In this document: positions 57,164-64,000 of the stretch, in pieces
Layout: every line of letters begins with the position of its first letter
Position numbering within the stretch: the first letter of the stretch is position 1
NCBI GenBank assembly: GCA_963769885.1
Contig: CAVYNH010000007.1
Coordinates: 160,001-224,000, forward strand
Reading direction: 5' to 3'
Origin: Methanobacteriota archaeon
Lineage (GTDB): Archaea; Thermoplasmatota; E2; DHVEG-1
Length of the DNA: 64,000 nt
Position numbers and translations under genes: made by a program
Notes under the pieces: model-generated
Database searches by the model: none
What the model was told of the DNA's origin: nothing
The model's input: the letters and a program-made list of their open reading frames with translations, nothing else

Positions 57164-58788
57164 TTCACTCCTCCTTTCCTCTGCTGTTCTCGCTCCCGCA
57201 AATCCTTCCTTTTAATTTTCCCACTCTGGGTCTTGGGTAACTCGGTGACGAACTCGATCTCCCGCGGGTACTTGTATGGGGCGGCGACCCGCTTCGCATG
57301 CTCCTGAATCTCGGTGACCAGGGCAGGAGACGCCTTCGAATGGTCCTTTAAAACGACGAAGGATTTGATGATCGTGCCGCGCATCGGGTCCGGGCTGGCG
57401 ACGACCGCGCACTCCAGCACCAGGGGATGGGAGATGACCGCGGACTCGACCTCGAAGGGCGAGATCCGGTAGCCGCTGGCCTTGATGAGGTCGTCGTTGC
57501 GGCCGCTGAACCAGTAGTAGCCGTCTTCGTCCTGGTAGAGGACGTCGCCGCTGAGGAACCAGTCGCCGCGGAAGCACTCCGCGGTCTTCTCCGGCTTGTT
57601 CCAGTACTCCCGGAACAACCCAGGGTCGTCCTTACTTACCGCCAGGATGCCAGTTTCGCCGACCGGGACCGGTTTCCCCTCGTCGTTGACGAGGGCACAG
57701 CGGTGCCCCGGCTGGGGTTTTGCACAGGATCCGGGCTTGATGGGGAGGATCGGCTGGTTTGAGACATAGACCATGATCTCGGTCATGCCGATGCCATCAT
57801 AGATGTCGAGGTTGAAGCGTTCGCGCCATTGCTTGAGGACTTCAGGGTTCAACGGCTCGCCTGCGGAGATGCAGTGTCGTAGCGCGGAAAGGTCGTAGTT
57901 TTTCTCTGCATCTTTGATTGTGAGGAACATCCGATAGGCAGTCGGGACTGAGGCGAGGTTCGTCACCCGGTATTTCTCCAGGAGTCTGAACCAGGCTTCG
58001 GGGTCGAACTTCCCGGCGTAGACGAGGGTCGACAGCCCCCAGCGCCAAACATAGAGGAAGCCGTTGCCGAGGGGGTAGATCCAGTTGAGGTCCCCGGTGT
58101 GGGCGATAATGTCGGTCTCTCTGCCGTCCTGCCAGTAGTGGACGCTGGGGTCATTTCCAATCGCCCAACGGTGCAGGTGGACCGCGCCTTTCGGGTTGCC
58201 CGTGGTCCCCGACGTGTAGCAGAAGAACGCCATGTCCGTGCTCGTCGTCGGCTCAAGGGTGAGGTTCTTGGAGGCGGATTTCACAAGGTCTTGGAACGAC
58301 AGCTCGTCGCCCTTGGGTTCGTCGGTGACAATGATGTGCTTCAATGTCGGGCAGTTCTTTGCGATGGCGTGGACTTCCTTGGCATATTGCGCGGTGGTGA
58401 TCACGGCCTTCGCCTGGCTGTCGTTGAGGCGATACTCCACCTCATGTTCGCGGAACATCACACTCGAAGGAATGGGGACGGCCCCGATTTTGACGCCGCC
58501 GACGAAGGAGATCTGGAACGGCGGGATGTTTGGCAGCCGGATGAGGAACCGGTCGCCCTTCTTGAAACCGAGGCTGCGGAGCGCATTTCCAAACCGATCG
58601 GTGAGGACTTTGAGGTCTCCGAAGGTGAACTGCTCGGTCGCGCCGGCCGCGTTTTCCCAGAACAAGGCGACCTTGTTGCGGTTCGCGGACGCCGCATGCT
58701 TGTCTATGACGTCGGCGCCGAGGTTGTACTGCTTTGGGATTTTCCATTTCCACTGCTTACAGGCCTGAACGTACTCTGACTCCCCCAT
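57160..58788 (-). CDS. Acyl-CoA synthetase (medium-chain/ACSM-like)
   Basis: YTSGTTGNPKG, SAGEPL, GMTE, PYKYPR, LPKTQSGKI. Confidence 0.92.
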   Translation of the reverse strand: MGESEYVQACKQWKWKIPKQYNLGADVIDKHAASANRNKVALFWENAAGATEQFTFGDLKVLTDRFGNALRSLGFKKGDRFLIRLPNIPPFQISFVGGVKIGAVPIPSSVMFREHEVEYRLNDSQAKAVITTAQYAKEVHAIAKNCPTLKHIIVTDEPKGDELSFQDLVKSASKNLTLEPTTSTDMAFFCYTSGTTGNPKGAVHLHRWAIGNDPSVHYWQDGRETDIIAHTGDLNWIYPLGNGFLYVWRWGLSTLVYAGKFDPEAWFRLLEKYRVTNLASVPTAYRMFLTIKDAEKNYDLSALRHCISAGEPLNPEVLKQWRERFNLDIYDGIGMTEIMVYVSNQPILPIKPGSCAKPQPGHRCALVNDEGKPVPVGETGILAVSKDDPGLFREYWNKPEKTAECFRGDWFLSGDVLYQDEDGYYWFSGRNDDLIKASGYRISPFEVESAVISHPLVLECAVVASPDPMRGTIIKSFVVLKDHSKASPALVTEIQEHAKRVAAPYKYPREIEFVTELPKTQSGKIKRKDLREREQQRKGGVK

Positions 58789-58838
58789 AAATTCTACCTC
58801 GTGTATCAAGTTGTGAATTCGTAATCAGGAATCGGCTG

Positions 58839-59978
58839 TTATCCGAGGAGGCTTGAGGCGATGACCATGCGCTGGACTTCCGAGGTGCCTTCGTAGATCT
58901 CGGTGATTTTTGCGTCGCGGAAGAGCCGCTCCACGGTGTACTCCTTGGTGTAGCCGTACCCGCCGTGGATCTGCACGGCGTCGATGACCGCCTGCATTGC
59001 GGTTTCCGAGGCGAACAGCTTCGCCATTGCCGCCTGCTTGCTGATCCGCTCGCCCTTGTCCTTCGCATACGCGGCGTTGTAGACCAAGAGCCTTGCGGCC
59101 TCTATCCTCGTCGCCATGTTCGCGATCATCCACTGGATCGCCTGGAACTTCGCGATGGGCTGGCCGAACTGCTCCCGCTGCTTCGCATACGAGATGCTCT
59201 CATCTAAGGCGGCTTGGGCGATGCCGACCGCCTGACAGGCGATGCCGATCCGGCCCCCGTCTAAGGTGCTTAATGCGATCTTGAACCCGTCGCCCTCTTT
59301 GCCCAGGAGGTTCTCCTTGGGGACCTCCATGTTCTCAAAGATGAGCTCGGAGGTCTGCGAGGCGTGGACTCCGAGTTTTTCGAAGATGCTGCCTACCTTG
59401 TAGCCCTTGAACGTGTTCTCGACGATGAACGCGCTGATGCCCTTCGTCCCGGCGGCATTGTTCGTGATGGCGAATACGATAATGATGCCCGCCTTCGGCC
59501 CGCTGGTGATGAACGTCTTGCTCCCATTCATAATGTAGTGGTTGCCCTGGAGGACCGCGGTGGTCTTCATGGCGCCGAGGTCTGAGCCCGCGTTGGGCTC
59601 GGTGCCTGCGAACGCCCCGATCCGCTCCCCCTTCGCCAACAGCGGGAGGTACTTCTTTTTCTGTGCTTCGTTGCCGTATTTCATGATCGGCCAGGCGGTC
59701 AATGAATTGTGAACAGAAGTTATTACACCAGTTGACGCGCATTTCCGCGAGATCTCCTCGATTACGGTCGCATACGAGATGGTGTCGAGGCCGGCGCCTC
59801 CATATTCAGTCGGAATAATGATTCCAAGAAGCCCAAGACCCGCCATTTTTTCAAGCGTCTTCGTCGGATACTCTTCCGTCTTGTCCAGCTCCGCGGCGAT
59901 CGGCGCAATCTCCTTTTCGGCGAACTCACGGACCATGTTGCGGATCATCTTTTGCTGCTCTGTCAGTTCCAGTTGCAT
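58839..59978 (-). CDS. Acyl-CoA (butyryl-CoA-type) dehydrogenase
   Basis: TEPNAGSD, LDGGRIGIA, QIHGGYGY, IYEGTSE. Confidence 0.95.
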   Translation of the reverse strand: MQLELTEQQKMIRNMVREFAEKEIAPIAAELDKTEEYPTKTLEKMAGLGLLGIIIPTEYGGAGLDTISYATVIEEISRKCASTGVITSVHNSLTAWPIMKYGNEAQKKKYLPLLAKGERIGAFAGTEPNAGSDLGAMKTTAVLQGNHYIMNGSKTFITSGPKAGIIIVFAITNNAAGTKGISAFIVENTFKGYKVGSIFEKLGVHASQTSELIFENMEVPKENLLGKEGDGFKIALSTLDGGRIGIACQAVGIAQAALDESISYAKQREQFGQPIAKFQAIQWMIANMATRIEAARLLVYNAAYAKDKGERISKQAAMAKLFASETAMQAVIDAVQIHGGYGYTKEYTVERLFRDAKITEIYEGTSEVQRMVIASSLLG

Positions 59979-60267
59979 GGCTGAAGGGAATTCGATGAAT
60001 GGACATAAATCTATCGGTGAAAAGACAGGGGAGAAACGCCATAAAATTAGGGATGAAACCGGTCGAAAACAAGCGAGGGTAGGAGAGAGGGCCTATGAAG
60101 ACAAAAGAAGAAGGGGGAAAACCTCTCTCGCCTCCTCACTCTCAACATAACAATAACAATACCGCGTTAAAAAAACTTTCCATGAAGAAATTGTAACAAA
60201 AAAATACTCCACAACTCCGGCAACGAAGTTTAATAATCCACACCCGTTTCCTAGGACCAGCAGACCC

Positions 60268-60792
60268 ATGACCATAGACTACGGCTGCATCCATATCTAT
60301 ACCGGCAACGGCAAAGGTAAAACCACCGCCGCCATCGGCCAGGGCATCCGCGCCGTCGGCCACGGCCTCACTGTGTATATGATCCAATTCATGAAAGGAC
60401 GCCGCTACAGCGAACTCAACACCCTCGAAAAAATCCCCGGTTTCACCATTAAACAGTTCGGCCGCGACGAATTCGTCAACAAACAAAAACCAGACCAAAT
60501 CGACATCGACCTCGCCCACCAAGGACTCCACCACGCCACACAAATAATCACTGCAAACAAACACAACCTCGTCATCCTCGACGAAATCAACGTCGCCATC
60601 GACTACCACCTCATCCCCCTCCAAGATGTCCTCGCCCTTCTCGACCACAAACCACCGGCAATGGACCTGATCCTCACCGGCCGCTACGCACCCCCCGAAC
60701 TTATACAGAAAGCGGACCTCGTCAGCGAAATCCTCGAAATCAAACACCCCTACCAAAAAGGCACCCCCTGCCGCCAAGGAATCGACTGGTAA
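60268..60792 (+). CDS. cobO: Cob(I)alamin adenosyltransferase (CobA/CobO/BtuR)
   Basis: [23 protein letters not shown]. Confidence 0.92.
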   Translation: MTIDYGCIHIYTGNGKGKTTAAIGQGIRAVGHGLTVYMIQFMKGRRYSELNTLEKIPGFTIKQFGRDEFVNKQKPDQIDIDLAHQGLHHATQIITANKHNLVILDEINVAIDYHLIPLQDVLALLDHKPPAMDLILTGRYAPPELIQKADLVSEILEIKHPYQKGTPCRQGIDW

Positions 60793-60794
60793 CT

Positions 60795-62417
<1,623 letters not shown>

Positions 62418-62443
62418 AAAAAGAATAAGGAACCACGACCACC

Positions 62444-62839
62444 ATGACAAAAAAGATCCGCGTCCTCATCGCCAAACCCGGCCTCGACGGCCACGACCGC
62501 GGCGCCAAAATCGTCGCCCGAGCACTCAGAGACGCCGGCATGGAAGTCATCTATACCGGCCTCCACCAGACCGCCGAACAAATCGTCGCTAGCGCCATCC
62601 AAGAAGACGTCGACGTCATCGGCCTCAGCCTCCTCTCCGGCGCCCACATGACCCTCTTCCTCGACGTCGCCACCCACATGAAAACCCACCACCTCACCGA
62701 CGTCCTCCTCATCGGCGGCGGCATCATCCCCCAAGAAGATATCCCCGCCCTCAAACAAGCAGGCATCAGCGCCGTCTTCGGCCCCGGCACCCCCGTCGAA
62801 GACATCGTCACCTACATCCAACAACACGTGAAACGATGA
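62444..62839 (+). CDS. Acyl-CoA mutase B12-binding small subunit
   Basis: [21 protein letters not shown]. Confidence 0.94.
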   Translation: MTKKIRVLIAKPGLDGHDRGAKIVARALRDAGMEVIYTGLHQTAEQIVASAIQEDVDVIGLSLLSGAHMTLFLDVATHMKTHHLTDVLLIGGGIIPQEDIPALKQAGISAVFGPGTPVEDIVTYIQQHVKR

Positions 62840-63774
62840 CCGACCTCACTACCAACATCCTCAAGGCAGACCACCGATCCATCGCCCGCCTCATCACCCT
62901 TGTAGAAAACGAAGACCCAACAGCAATCACCACACTGAAAAACCTCTACAAACACACAGGAAAAGCCCACGTCATCGGCGTCACCGGTGTCATGGGCAGC
63001 GGCAAAAGCAGCCTCCTCCTCGAACTCACCACCGCCTACCGACGCCAAAGCAAAAAAATCGGAATCATCGCCATCGACCCCACCAGCCCCTTCAGCGGCG
63101 GCGCACTCCTCGGCGACCGCATCCGCATGACCGAGCTGTCCACCGACCCCGGCGTCTTCATCCGCAGCATGGGTACCCGCGGCGCCCTCGGCGGCCTCAC
63201 CACCGCCGTCTACGACGTCGTCGACATCCTCGACGCCGCCGGCATGGACATCATCCTTATCGAAACCGTCGGCGTCGGCCAAGACGAAGTCGAAATCATC
63301 AAAGTCGCGGACACCACCATCGTCGTCACCGTCCCCGGACTCGGCGACGCCATCCAGACCATCAAAGCCGGCCTCATGGAGATCGCCGACATCTTCGTCG
63401 TCAACAAAGCAGACAAGCCTGGCATTGAACAGACCATCGCCGAACTCCAGTCCATGGTCGACCTCACCGAAGACCGCGACTGGAAACCACCAATCATCCC
63501 CACCTCCGCCAAAGAAAAAAAAGGAATACCCGACCTCATCGAACACATCACAGCCCACGACGAGTACCTCCACAGCAGCGACCTCTTCCAAGAACGGCGA
63601 CGTAGCCGCTACGAAACCGAGCTTATTGACCTTCTCAGAAAACGTATCATCAGTTACGTCCTGGACGACAAAAAACTCAAGGCTCAGGTCGACGACTGCC
63701 TCAAAAAAATCAGCCTCCGAGAACTCGACCCGTACACCGCCGCAGACGAAATCCTCAACGCCCTTTTGCAATAA
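62836..63774 (+). CDS. meaB: MeaB/ArgK GTPase chaperone
   Basis: [33 protein letters not shown]. Confidence 0.94.
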   Translation: MTDLTTNILKADHRSIARLITLVENEDPTAITTLKNLYKHTGKAHVIGVTGVMGSGKSSLLLELTTAYRRQSKKIGIIAIDPTSPFSGGALLGDRIRMTELSTDPGVFIRSMGTRGALGGLTTAVYDVVDILDAAGMDIILIETVGVGQDEVEIIKVADTTIVVTVPGLGDAIQTIKAGLMEIADIFVVNKADKPGIEQTIAELQSMVDLTEDRDWKPPIIPTSAKEKKGIPDLIEHITAHDEYLHSSDLFQERRRSRYETELIDLLRKRIISYVLDDKKLKAQVDDCLKKISLRELDPYTAADEILNALLQ

Positions 63775-63789
63775 AAAAGGGGAGGGGGC

Positions 63790-64000
63790 TTACTGCCCCG
63801 AGAACTTCGCCGGCCGTTTCTCCAGGAACGCGCTCATGCCCTCCTGCTGGTCATGGGACATGAAGCTGGCGGCAAACGACGCAATCTCCAAGTCGGAAGC
63901 AACCGAGAGCGCCACATCACGGCCGCGATTCACTAAGGCCTTGATATACGAAATCTGCAGGGGGGATTTCTCCGAAATCTGCGCCGCGAGAACCCCGGCT
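63790..64000 (-). CDS. Enoyl-CoA hydratase/crotonase, C-terminal fragment (truncated by window)
   Basis: Manual translation ..KSPLQISYIKALVNRG...DQQEGMSAFLEKRPAKFSGQ*. Confidence 0.85.
   Translation of the reverse strand, partial: AGVLAAQISEKSPLQISYIKALVNRGRDVALSVASDLEIASFAASFMSHDQQEGMSAFLEKRPAKFSGQ

Overview
Archaeal chromosome segment. Kae1/Bud32, Pus10-rpl21e-rpoF-DUF655-ksgA, Hef and aIF5B establish the domain. Secreted gingipain-like, PQQ-repeat and PKD-tailed proteins plus an acyl-CoA/B12-mutase cluster suggest a sediment Thermoplasmatota lineage such as MBG-D/Izemarchaea (inference). All three tRNAs carry an insertion bounded by a direct repeat of their 3' end. (i) A 1.4-kb integrase-less carboxypeptidase cassette at tRNA-Leu. 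(ii) A 12.8-kb element at tRNA-His: integrase, regulators, Asp-box tail-tip-like protein, tape measure protein, D5/SF3 helicase, putative ori, TerS, TerL. (iii) An 8.4-kb element at tRNA-Pro: integrase, tape measure protein, TerS-like protein, possible Rep, RHH regulators. The two large elements have different integrases but visibly homologous tape measure proteins, and I recognise no capsid, portal or tail-tube gene in either. The main candidate novelty is a family of archaeal capsid-less virus satellites that encode their own tape measure protein. All assignments come from reading motifs by eye; no database searches were run.
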